Below are positions 48,487 to 60,549 of a stretch of 64,000 nt of DNA, in pieces (the first letter of the stretch is position 1; each line of letters begins with the position of its first letter). The stretch comes from Felis catus (lineage: Eukaryota), in contig NC_058368.1 of the NCBI RefSeq assembly GCF_018350175.1, forward strand, positions 130,636,001-130,700,000, in the 5' to 3' direction. A model generated the notes under the pieces. It had not been told where the DNA came from, made no database searches, and saw nothing but the letters and a program-made list of their open reading frames with translations. The position numbers and the translations under genes were made by a program.

Positions 48487-50860
48487 AGGTGACACATTTC
48501 CCATACTTTTGCCTTGAAGTTGAAAATCCCTTGTGAGTAGTAGAAACTCAGCATCAAGGGCCGCAAGTAACTTGGAAGTCTCTCCAGTCTCATCCTTACT
48601 GTAGCAGCCAGTGTTCTCTCCATACGCCCCCATTCAAACATTTTAGCAAAAGGAGATTCCAACTCTGCTTAGGGAGCATGCCCATTCCTTTAGTAATCTA
48701 AAGGTTTCTGCAATCGATTCCACTGGTGATGAATATCCAGCAAATAATGATTCCCCCTCTGTCAATTTTCTCTAGAACTAGTTCTCCTAACTAGGAATGG
48801 GCCATCAACAACTATTTCTGAACTACGTGACAGTGTGCTTGGGGCTGTGGCCAACTGGCTCATGTTTAGCCATCCGTTTAGGCTGGTAAACTGGAGTCTC
48901 TTTCCTAGCACACCAAAATTTCAATGTAAGTCACAGAGACTGAGGGATTTGGAAACTGAAATAGGCCAAATACATTAAATTCTCCTTTTCAGAGAAAGCC
49001 TGTATATGCCTCTTGCTGGGGCTAACAAAGATCAATTGTTTTTTTTTTTCCTCATTGTTTTTTTCAGTCCTTCCTGCATTGAGATATTCTGAAATATTTC
49101 CAATAACTGGCAAATTAACTGTCATTTTGTTTTTGTAACTGGGTACACTAACTTACATGTGAAAAGAAAATGCAGTCCTAAGTCAATGTAAAGCATATTT
49201 ATGTTTTCCTTTCTGAGGCAAGTCCATGTGGTTAAATAAAAATAAAACCTTACTCTCAGTAAATAATTTAAACATCTCCTTAATTCACTCTCCTATGTTT
49301 TTTTGACTCCTTTTCAGATTTCTATCTCAGCTGAAGTATTTCAGTTCCACTGAGTACTGGATGGAATCTACTGAGTTACTATTTGTTCACCTATGGATTT
49401 ACCCAGCAAATATTTTTTGATTTATCATATGCCAAGCATGTTTTAGGTACAGGAGATAGAACAACAACCAAAATAGACAATCATTGCTCTAATGGAGTTT
49501 AAAGGTCAGTAAAATATCTGGTCCAGATCCATTCTTGGGCATTCATCCAGGGTCATATATTTGAGAATAATTGTTTCTTATCTCTCTCCTTGGTTGGGAT
49601 CTATACCCTTTTCCTGTTGGCTGAGCTTCCTACTAACTCTCAACAGATACTGCAGACCCCTCCAAGTCTTTGCCATGTCCTTCATCCCGTATTCTTTTCA
49701 CACCTTAACTGGGCACTCTGAAACATCTGTTCGAGTATCACAGCACCCCCAGGGTCTATCAGCTCAATAAACACACCTGCTCAACTGTTCGAAAATCACT
49801 ACATTTTGGCATGGAGTCATACGGCCAAAAGTAGTGGTCTTTACCGAATTCCTCAAGTGGGCATTAGGAAAAAATTCCTCTATCCTCAGAGTCTCCTTCA
49901 AGTCATTCTTAAGAACAGTGACTACCGGGGTACATGGTTGACAGTGTATCTTCTTTTCATCTATCACTTAACTTCTGCTTCCCTTTTTTCTCCACAATCT
50001 CCCAGAGCCCAAAGAGGTACACTTCCTCTTACTATCCTTGTGTACCCAGAATTTTCTTTATACAAAACCACTTCATTTTTTGGTAATATTAAGTGAAAGC
50101 TAAAAATTAGAAGATCTCTTCTCTTGAAAAGTGGACTCATTTACAAGCCAGTTGGTCTAACGCAATGTGTTATTTTCAGTGTCTAAATATTAACACTGAC
50201 TTCCTTTTGCATTTCCTCTACAATACCCAACTGCACTTCAAATCCCCAAACCATCACAAAGATATATGAATGTTTTGGGCTACCAAAGAAGAAAATTATA
50301 TGTATGTGTATGCGAGATATTAAGTACATGATTAGTGTATTTGTTACAATTAAGATAGTTATCCATGGATTTTATTGTTGAGAAAAGGATTTTTTAGACT
50401 CTGGTTCAAGATGGTGATGCAGGAAGATCCTAAACTCACTTCCTCCAAAGGACGCACTGAAACTACAGCTATGCATGAAACACTTTCTTTAGAGAAATAA
50501 AACCAAACACTGGCACAGTGACCCCTTCTCAGTAGGCTAACAAGAGGAAAAATCAAGAGGCAGGCTGGAAAGGCTAAGACAAAAATCACACCATAAGCCT
50601 CATCCCTGGCGCAGAAACCTACCACAGGAGGGAACTCAAAACCCAAAGCTTCACTCTGAGGAGTGGTTCTTACCCTACATCAGGCAGCCCAACTTTGAAG
50701 ACTAGCACAGGAAACACAAGCCCCGATAACACCTGGCTTTAAAGATCAACAGGGCTCATACTCAGGAGACCTGCAGGGTTGTGGCAAACTGAGGAATGCT
50801 CTTAAAACGCTTGCATGCAGACTCACCCATCCCAAGGCCCAGTGCTGAAACAGCCCTTTT

Positions 50861-51080
50861 TTTTTTAATTTTTTTTTTCAACGTTTATTTATTTTGGGAC
50901 AGAGAGAGACAGAGCGTGAACGGGGGAGGGGCAGAGAGAGAGGGAGACACAGAATCGGAAACAGGCTCCAGGCTCTGAGCCATCAGCCCAGAGCCCCACG
51001 CGGGGCTCGAACTCCCAGACCGCGAGATCGTGACCTGGCTGAAGTCGGACGCTTAACCGACTGCGCCACCCAGGCGCCCC
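50861..51080 (-). mobile_element. Young SINEC_Fc
   Basis: Perfect TSD GAAACAGCCCTTTT at 50847-50860 and 51081-51094. Confidence 0.97.
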
Positions 51081-51139
51081 GAAACAGCCCTTTTAAAAAA
51101 GGCCACTCTTTATGTGAAAAAGATTCACTAGCTAATTTT

Positions 51140-51341
51140 ATTCATTTTTAATTGTTTTAATTTAGAGAAAGAGAGAGAGAGAGTGGGACTGGGGGAAAGT
51201 GGCAGAGGGAGAAAGCATCTTAAGGAGGCTCTACCCTCAGTGTGGAGCCCGACACAAAGCTCAGTCCAAAGACCTTGGGATCATGACCTGAGCAGAAATC
51301 AAGAGTCAAAAGCTTAAATGACTGAGCCACCCAGGTGTCCC
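51140..51341 (-). mobile_element. CanSINE (older subfamily)
   Basis: Degenerate TSD TCACTAGCTAATTTT / TCATTGGCTATTTTT. Confidence 0.92.
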
Positions 51342-52817
51342 TCATTGGCTATTTTTTTAAAGCATTGGTCTGATGGGCAGTGGCCTGCTGGGATACTTTC
51401 TGGAGATAGAGCCGGTGAGTGCCATCTTCCTGATCTTACTCTGCCTCACTAAGGTTGGTGAGCTTTTTCATTTTCACTGTATTTTTCTTTCTATTTATTT
51501 TCCTTTTTATGTTCTTTTACAGTGGGTGTGTTCTTTGCACTCCTACTCTGCCCTTCTGCAGCCAGCGGGCACTATTTTCGCACTTTCCCTCTTCCATACA
51601 CCAGGACGCCCATATCTCTGGGAGGTAAGGGGAAGCTTCTGTGCATATTTGCTGCCCCAGTTTTTTATATCCGTTCTTGTGGTGGCCGCACAAGCAATGT
51701 CCCTTGACTGCCTTGCTCTGGTGGACAGGGACACTTGGTTCTAAGTCCCATGGGACTAAAACAATCTGAGATCCAGTTCTTGGCAGACTACCATTGCCAG
51801 GTCACTACACAGATAGCAGATTGATATACACACCTAGGCTTTCTCAGAAAGAGGCCTTACTTGCTTGTTCAGGAGCTTTGACCTTAGGGGCAGGCTTCTG
51901 GTTTGGCATAATTGGAGGGGCCTATGGAGCTGCTCTTGGAAGAGAAACTGGTGGGTGTGACCTCTGCGCTTTTCTGCTTTGCCCCAGCTTCCAAACGGAG
52001 CATGTATACTTCTCTAGTGCCCTGATTTTGTAGCTGCTGCCAGGAGACATCTCTACGTTCCCTGTCTCTGGTAGCCAGTGAAACTTACGCTCATGGATTC
52101 CAGAGAACTATAAGAGCCAAGAAACAGTTCTTAAACATCTACACCTTTAGGGCACAGCAGGAAGAAACAAACCCAAAGCTCAATTTTTCTTTGAAAGAGG
52201 CCTATTAGCTTATCACAGCTGCAGCCTGAGGGGCAGGCTTCTCACTAAATGCACACCCAATGGCTGACTGTGAACCTTTCCAGAGGCTTTGGAGGAGGGG
52301 CGCTATCTTTTCACTCTGCCTCTGCTGTGCTCCCTAGCACCGGCATCTCTTGAAGGTGCCCTGGTGTTTTCAGCTGCCTTTCAGGGATACCTGGTCACCA
52401 CCTAGCCCCAGTGGTGAGGGAGACTTATGTTCCTGGGGCCCATATTACTGTAACAAATGGAGAAGCAGGCTACCAGCCTCCAGGGCACTGCACACAGAAG
52501 ACAGAAACATAGCTTCTTGCTGTCCTGGTGCTTCAGCCTTAAGGGCAGGCTTCAGGTTTGCACACATCTGCACTCTACAGAGGTGTTCTCAGTGAATCTA
52601 GGTAGGACAGAGATTACCATCTTTGCAGTCTCCTCTGCCTCACTAGAGCTCATTAGTATTTCCCAGAAAGGAGCTTACACACTATTTTGGAGCCCCAAGT
52701 TTTGTGACAAGTGCCCAGGGGACACCTCCAAATCACCTTGCTCTAAGGGTCAGTGGGGCTTATGCTTGCAAATCCATGGGACTAAATATATATGCATTCT
52801 TTAAAGGCTACTGCTTA

Positions 52818-53046
52818 GGGATGCCTGGGTGGCTTAGTTGGTTAAGCGTCCAACTTCAGCTCATGTCATGATCCTGCAGTTTGTGGGTTTGAGCCCTGCT
52901 TTGGTCTCTGTGCTGACAGCTCAGAGCCTGGAGCGTGTTTCACATTCTGTGTCTCCCTCTCTACCTTTCCCTAGCTCATGCTCTGTCTCTCTCTCTCTCA
53001 AAAATAAACAAACACTAAAAATAATTTTAAAAAAATATTAAAAATT
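52818..53046 (+). mobile_element. CanSINE
   Basis: TSD GGCTACTGC. Confidence 0.95.
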
Positions 53047-53350
53047 AAGGGCTACTGCCTGAAGGTCCAGCTTCCAATAAACCTGAATCTAGGTGGTTAA
53101 TGAAATCTTCTCCTTTGGGACACTGAGTGTTCTCACCATACCCACAATTACTGGGAACTATTAAAAATAAAATATGTTGCTTGGATAATCACAAAGGTTT
53201 GAGAGAAAACCAAGAGCTGGGGCAGGATTGAATGATAATTCAATCTTCCACACAATTTTAGATAATTTATCTCCTATACAAGACCAGTCCTCCAACACTG
53301 AGAGAGGTTTTTATCTAATGCATAGAAACCAACACAGACAACCAAGCAAA

Positions 53351-53818
53351 ATGAACAAACAGAGAAATATGTTCCAAATCAAAGAACAAGACAAAACCTC
53401 AGAAAAAAGACTTTAAAGAAATAAAGATGAGTAATCTAAATGAAAACAAATTAAAAATAATGGTCACCAAGATGTTTGCCAAATTCAGGAAATAATGGGT
53501 GAAAACATTCAACAAATGAAGTGAGAACTTCAACAAAAAAATAGGGACTATAAGAAAATTCTGAACAAGTCACAGGGTGAAAGAATAAAATAATTGAACT
53601 AAAATATACACCAGAAGGGTTCAGCAGTAGACTAGATGAAGCAGAAGAAAAAATAAACTCAAGATAGAGCAGAGGAATTCAACCCATCAAAGCCACAAAA
53701 AGAAAAAGAGAAGTTTAAGAAGTGAAGATAGCTTAAGGGATATTTATAGTCAGGAGTCCTAGAAAGAGAAGAGATAGAGAAAGAGAGAGAAGGAGAGCGA
53801 GGGAGAGGGAGAGAGAGG

Positions 53819-53867
<49 letters not shown>

Positions 53868-54290
53868 GGGGGCAGAAAAATCATTCAAAGAAATAATGGG
53901 TGAAAACTTCCCTAGCTTGGGAAAAGAAACAGACATCCAGATCCAGGAAGTTCAGAAAGTCCCAAATAAGGCATAACCAAAGAGACTCATAAGAGGACAC
54001 ATAATTAAAATGTAAGAATCCAAAAAGCAGAAAAAACAACTTTTCACATACTAGGTAACCGCCACAAGACTATAAGCAGAGTTTTAGCACAAGTTTTGTG
54101 AGCAAGAGGGAGTGTCACAATACAATAAAAGTGCTGAAATAAAACAACCTCCATCCAAGAATACCGTATCTAGCAAAGTTATCATTCAGATTTGAAGGAG
54201 AGATAGAGAGTTTTCCAGACAAGCAAACGCGAAAAGAGTTCATCACCAATAAAATGGCCATACGAGAAGTGTTGAAAGTACTTCTTTAAA
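53351..54290 (+). pseudogene. Disrupted L1 ORF1
   Basis: ATG at 53351; GAAATAATGGGTGAAAACTTCCC (EIMGENFP); stops, frameshifts and a (GA)n expansion at ~53760-53865. Confidence 0.85.
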
Positions 54291-54967
54291 CTGAAAGGGC
54301 CCTAATTAGTAACAAGAAAACATATGAAAGTATAAATCTCACTGGTTAAGGAAAATATACAGTAAAAGTAGATTAGTCACTTATAAAGCTACTATACAGG
54401 TTAAATGACCAAAGTAGTAAAAATAACTGAACGACAACAATTGAAGGATACACAAGACAAAAAAGATGTAAATGTGACCAAAACCCATAAAACGTGGTGG
54501 TGGTGGGGGATAATAAAAATGTAGAGCTTTATTGTGCATTCAGACTTAAGTTACCAACTTAAAATAGACTGTTATAAATTAAAGTACTTATATTTAAGCC
54601 TCATGGTAACCACACAGAAAAAACTTGTATTAAATATGTGAAAGTAAATATGTAAAAAAATCTAAACATACCATTAAAGGAAGTCATCAAACCACCAAGG
54701 AAGACAGCAAGAGAAAAAGAATACAAGAGGAACTACAAAACAGCCAGAAAACAATTAACAAAATGCAACAAGTACCTAACTATCAATAATTAAATATGAA
54801 CTGACTGAATTACCAAAACGTATGAAGTGGATAAATAGATTAAAAAAACAAGACCCATCTATATGCTGTCTATAACAGACTCACTTGAGAAGTTAAGCCA
54901 TACACAAACTGAAAATGAAGGGATGAGAAAGGAAAATTACATGCCTGTGGAAACCAAAAAAAGTTGG

Positions 54968-55400
54968 GATAGATAAAAAAGATGTGGTATATATACACAA
55001 TGGAATATTAGTCATCAAAAAGAATGAAATCTTGCCATTTGCAACCATGTGGGTTGAACTAGAATGTACGTTGCTAGGTGAAATAAGTTGGTCAGAGAAA
55101 GACAAATACTGTATGATTCCACTCATCTGTAGAATTTAAGAAACAAAACAGGTGAATATAGGAGAAGAGGAAAAAAGGGAAACAAATCATAAGAGATTCT
55201 TGACTAAAATGAACAAATTGAGGGTTGATGGAGGGAGGTAGGTGGAGGATGGGTTAAATGGGTGCTGGGTATTAAGGACAGTACTTTTTATGTTGAGCGC
55301 TGGGTGTTATAAAGTGATGAATCACTAAATTCTACTCCTGAAACCAATTACACTGTATGTTAACTAAAAAAAAGCACAAACAAACAAAAAAACCAAAACA
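54968..55400 (+). mobile_element. Carnivore L1 3' end inserted into the host L1 ORF2
   Basis: Homologous to 11120-11570 (AAGAATGAAATCTTGCCATTTGCAAC...GATGAATCACTAAATTCTACTCCTGAAACC). Confidence 0.9.
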
Positions 55401-56261
55401 CCTGTTAATATTTTTAAATAACATGGTTTGACAGCTTGGATAACAATAAACTAGATCATGTTATTGCCTTACTTAGAGCTAGCATACCTAATTTTAATAA
55501 AATTAAATAACTGATAAAAAGCAAAGTTAAAAAAATAAAGAAACCCTTAAGACAAATTAAAATGTAAATCCAATATACCACAACTTATGGGATACAGCAA
55601 AGGTAGTTCTAAGATGGAATTTCATAGTAATAAATGCCTACCTCAAGAAACAAGAAAAATCTCAACTAAACAACCTAACCTTACACCTCTGGAACTAGAA
55701 AAAAGGAACAAGTAAAGCCCAAAGTTAGTAGAAGAAAGAAATAACAGAGCAGAAGTGAGTAAAACAGACAAAAAAAGAATAGAAAAGATCAATGAAACCA
55801 AGAGGTGTATCTTTGAAAACACAAAGAAAATTGACAAGCCTTTAGCTAGATTCAAAAAAAAAAAATGACCCACATAAGAAAAATCAGAAATGAAAGAGGA
55901 TATGTTACAACTAACTCCACAGAAATAAGTATTATGAGACTGCTATGAACAATTCTATGCTAACGAATTGAACAACCTACAAGAAGGAGATTAATTCCTA
56001 GGAACATATTATGTTCCAAGACTAAATTACGAAGAAATAGAAAATCTTAGCAGACCAATTATTAATAAGGATATTGAATCAATAATCAAAAATCTCCCAA
56101 CAAAGTCCAGGACCAGAGGGCTTCACTGGTGAATTCTACCAAATATTCAAAGAAGAATTAATACCAGGTTTTTTCACCCTTCAAAGAAAAGAGAAGAGGA
56201 GGAAGGATTTCCAAATTTATTTTTCAAGGCATTAAACTGATACCAAAACCAGTCAAGGACA

Positions 56262-56262
<1 letters not shown>

Positions 56263-56308
<46 letters not shown>
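56263..56308. repeat. (CA)23 microsatellite within L1 ORF2
   Basis: Direct read. Confidence 0.98.
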
Positions 56309-56311
<3 letters not shown>

Positions 56312-56641
56312 TACAGCACAATATCTCTGATGAATATAAATGCAATAATCTTCAACAAGGTGCTACCTAAGCAAGTTCAATACTGTATTAAAAGGATTAT
56401 ACACCATGACAGATTGGGACTTATTCCAGGGGTGTAAGTTGACTCAATATCTGCATATCAATGACACACCAAATTAACAATATCAAGGGTAAACATATTA
56501 TTATCTCAATATATGCAGAAAAAACCAATTGGACCAATTCAACACCTTTTTAAAATACGGATTCTAAAACAATGTGTTTTTTGACCTAACAGTGAAGGGA
56601 CTGTAGGGCAATGCTGTTTATCATCTCTTCTAAGATGCAGA

Positions 56642-56737
56642 TTTTATTTAATTAATTTATTGTTTTATTGTTTTACTTAAATTCAAGCTAGTTAAACGTT
56701 AACATAGAGTGCTGTCTTGGCCTCAGGAGTAGACCCC
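56642..56737 (-). mobile_element. Extreme 3' tip of a carnivore L1
   Basis: Reverse complement reads GGGGTCTACTCCTGAGGCCAAGACAGCACTCTATGTT...AACTAGCTTGAATTTAAGTAAAA plus A-rich tail. Confidence 0.85.
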
Positions 56738-57694
56738 ATTTAAAAAAAAAACGTAATAAAGTGGGCATAGAGGGAACATACCTCAAAATAATAGAGGCTA
56801 TATATGACAGGTCCAGTGCTACCACCATCCTCAATGGTGAAAAGCTGAAAATTTTCCTCTAAGATCAAGAACAAGACAAAGATGCTCACTCTCATCAGTT
56901 CTATTCAACACAGTATTGAAGTTCTAGTCCCAAAAATTAGAAACAAAAGAGAAATAAAAAGCATCCAAACTGCAATGAGGTAAAACTTACTATTTGCAGA
57001 TGACATGATATGTAAAAAACCCTGAAAACCCTTAGGGTTAAGACTCTACCAAAAAAAAAATGTTAGAAACAATAAATGGATTCAGTAAAGTTGCAGGGTA
57101 CAAAATGAATAAGAGGAAATAAATTGAAGAAGACACAAAAAAATGGAAGGATATTCTGTGACTGTGGATTGGAATAATTAACATTATTAAAATGTCACGC
57201 AATCTTCAAATTAAATGCAATATCTATCAACACTTCGATGGCATTTTTCAGACAGAGAACAAATAACGACATAATTTGTATGGAACCATGAAAGAACCTT
57301 AATATCCAAAGCAATCTTGAAAAATAAGAGCAAGGCTGGAGACAACACATTTCCAAATTTCAATGTATATTACAACACTAGTAATCCAGATAGTATTGTA
57401 CTGTCATAAAAACAGACACAGTGATCAATGGAACAGAAAAGGAAAGCCAGAAATAATTCATGCATATATTGTTAATTGATCTATGCCAAAGGAGTCAAGA
57501 ATATACAGGGAGAAAGAACATTCTCTTACATTGGTAGAACTGGACGGCCACATGCAAAAAAAAAAAATGAAACTGGACCACTATCCTACACCACATATAA
57601 AAATTATCAAAATTAATTAAAGACTTGAATGTAAGACCTGAAACCATGAAACTCCTTGAAGAAAAAACATTCACTTCTGGACACCACCCAGCTG

Positions 57695-59060
57695 ATACAT
57701 TTTACTTAGTATATGCTTTCAAAATCCATCCACATTGCTGCAAATGGCAAGACTTCATTCTTTTTTATTGCTGAATAATATTCTGTTGTGTGGACAGGAA
57801 TATAAATGAATAAAGAAAATTTATATATTCCATTACGTGTGTGTCTATACATATGCCACATTTTCTTTATTCATTCATCTGTTGATGGGCAGTTAGGCTG
57901 TTTTCATATCGTTACTATTATGAATAACGTTGCAGTGAACATGGAAAGGAATATAGTTATCTTTTTGAGTTAGTGTTTTAGTTTTCTTCAAATAAAAACC
58001 CAGAAGTGGAATTACCAGATCATATGGTAGTTCAACTCTTTTTTTTTTTTTAATTTTTTTTTTCAACGTTTATTTATTTTTGGGACAGAGAGAGACAGAG
58101 CATGAACGGGGGAGGGGCAGAGAGAGAGGGAGACACAGAATCGGAAACAGGCTCCAGGCTCTGAGCCATCAGCCCAGAGCCCGACGCGGGGCTCGAACTC
58201 ACGGACCGCGAGATCGTGACCCGGCTGAAGTCGGACGCCTAACCGACTGCGCCACCCAGGCGCCCCAGGTAGTTCAACTCTTAATTTGTAAAAATGTCTA
58301 TTCAGGTCCTTTGCCCATCTTTAAGTAGGATTTCTTTTTTGTGTGTTTGTTTGCTACTGTGTTATATAAATTCCTTATATATTTTGGATATTAACCTTTT
58401 ATGCAATATATGGTATGAAATTTTTTTCCCATTATAGAGGTTGACTTTTCATTCTGTTCATGTTTTTCTTTGCTGTGCAGAAGCTTTTTAGTAATTATGT
58501 GGTGCCACAGATTGATTTGTCCTTTTGTTGCCTTTGTTTTTGTATCCTATCCAAAGAATCATTATTCAGCTCAAAGTCAAGGAGCTTTTTCCTCATTTCT
58601 TCCAGGAGTTTAATGGTTTCAGGTGTCACATTTAAGTTTTCATTCTGTTTTGCATTAACTTTTTGAGAAGTATAAGGGTCCAATTTAATTCTTTTGCATA
58701 TGGATATCTAGTTTTCCTAACACCATGTTCCTAAGAGACTATCCTTTCCTCATTGTGTGTTCTCGGTTCTCTTGTCATATATGTTTGAGTTTATGTATGG
58801 GCTGTGTATTACATTTCATTAGTCTGTGTGTCTGCTTTATAGCAGTATTATACTGTTTTTATTACTATAACTTTGTAATATAGTTTGAAATCAGGAAATG
58901 TGATGCCTCCAGCTTTGTTCTTGTTTCCCACTGTTATTTTGGCTAATTGGGATCTCTTGCAGTTTCATACATATTTTAGGATACTTTTTTTCTATTTCTG
59001 TAAAAATGCCAATGGAATTTTGATAGGGATTGCATTCAATCTATAGATTCCTTTGCATTT
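57695..59060 (-). mobile_element. L1 ORF2 3' part (non-inverted arm of a 5'-inverted L1)
   Basis: Minus-strand ORFs [12 protein letters not shown] and LNVTPETIKLLEE. Confidence 0.9.
58041..58266 (-). mobile_element. Young SINEC_Fc
   Basis: Perfect TSD GGTAGTTCAACTCTT at 58026-58040 and 58268-58282. Confidence 0.97.
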
Positions 59061-59203
59061 TATATATATACGTGTGTATATATATATATATATATACACA
59101 TATATATGTATATATGTATATATATATACACACACACACATACATATACATAGATGTATGCATATATACATATACATATACATACATATATACATGTATA
59201 TAT
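59061..59203. repeat. Compound (TA)/(TG)/(CA) microsatellite
   Basis: Direct read. Confidence 0.95.
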
Positions 59204-59204
59204 T

Positions 59205-60099
59205 TGAAGAAAAGAAAACTACAGGCCAATATTCCTGATGAATATAAATATATAAATCCTTAACAAAATACTAGCTAAGATAATTCAAGAGCACACCAAA
59301 AGACTATACGCCATGATCAAGGAGGGTTTGTATCTGGGATTTTTCCACAGGATGCTTCAATAAATGCAAATCAATTAATCTCATACACAACATTCATAGA
59401 ATGAAAGATAAAAATCATGTGACCATCACAATAACACTGACAATTCAACATCCTTTTATGATAAAAAATCTCAACCAACCAATTACAGAAGGAATGTACC
59501 TCAACATAGTAAGGTCATATATGACAAGATCACAGCTAGTATCACACTCAAGGGTAAAAATTGAAAGTTTTTCCTCTATGATCAGGAATAAGACATGGAT
59601 GCCTACTTTCTGTATTTCTGTTCCACATAGTATTGGAAGGCCAAATCAGAAAAATTAGGCAAGAAAAATAAATGAAAGTTATCAAAATTAGATAGGAAGA
59701 AATAAATAAAAGATATCCAACTTGGAAAGGAAGAAGTAAAATTTCCTCAGTTTGCCAATGACACGAACTTTTATAGAAAAGACTCCATTAAAACCTATTA
59801 GAATAAATGAATTCCATAAAGTTTTAGGGCAACATTAACACACAAAAATCAACTGTGCTTCTACAAACAATGAAGTATCAAAAAGAGAAATTTTAAAACA
59901 ATCCCATTTACAATAGCATTTAAAATAATAAATTACTTACTAATAAATTTAATGAAGTAGAAAACTGTACCCTGAAAATTCTAAGACAATGATGAAAGAA
60001 AGTGAGGAAAATGGAAATACATGGAAAGATATGATTATGATTTTTATTATATATTATATGGACATTTTAATAATATATGTTACTGTTAAAATGTCCATA
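59205..60099 (+). mobile_element. L1 ORF2 RT segment (inverted arm)
   Basis: Runs from GAAAACTACAGGCCAATA through TTTGCCAATGAC to GTTAAAATGTCCATA. Confidence 0.9.
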
Positions 60100-60332
60100 A
60101 TAAATAAGAAGATTCTTAGTTAACACATGATCTCCTGCTGCTGACACCATGATACATGTCTTTCCTCTTCCCTCTATGTACATAATCTTCATCTATTTAT
60201 TCAAGCCTCTTATGTACCATGGGGTTCACAGGAGCCACTCAATCGCACTCATTCTAACCCAGCAGGGTTATGGCTTTATGGGCTCTATCTATACTCCAAA
60301 ACTCCACTGTTTCATTGTTAGATGTCCACACC

Positions 60333-60549
60333 ATATATATATATTATATATATTACATATATATAATATATATAATATAATATAATAATATATACAATAT
60401 ATAATATAATATATATAATATATATAATTAATTTTATATATATTATATATAATATAATATATATAATATATAATATAATAATATAATAATATATATAATA
60501 TATATAATAATATATAATATATATTATATATATGTGTGTGTGTGTGTGT
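60333..60549. repeat. ~200-bp near-pure A/T (TA/TAA) tract followed by (TG)n
   Basis: Direct read. Confidence 0.97.

Larger units (their letters stand above)
50397..57670 (+). mobile_element. Near-full-length old L1 (L1MA8/9-like): repeat-containing 5'UTR, ORF1, ORF2; 3' end missing
   Basis: TTCAAGATGG 5' motif; ORF1 start MNKQRNMFQIKEQDK at 53351; ORF2 motifs CAAGACCCATCTATATGCTG and CTATTTGCAGATGACATGAT (FADDM) near 56990. Confidence 0.9.

Noticed and set aside
50382..60119. Possible single TSD (AAAAGGATTTTTTAG / AAGAAGATTCTTAG) around the entire L1 complex
   Set aside because: Too degenerate, and ORF2 segments occur twice, so at least two elements are involved.
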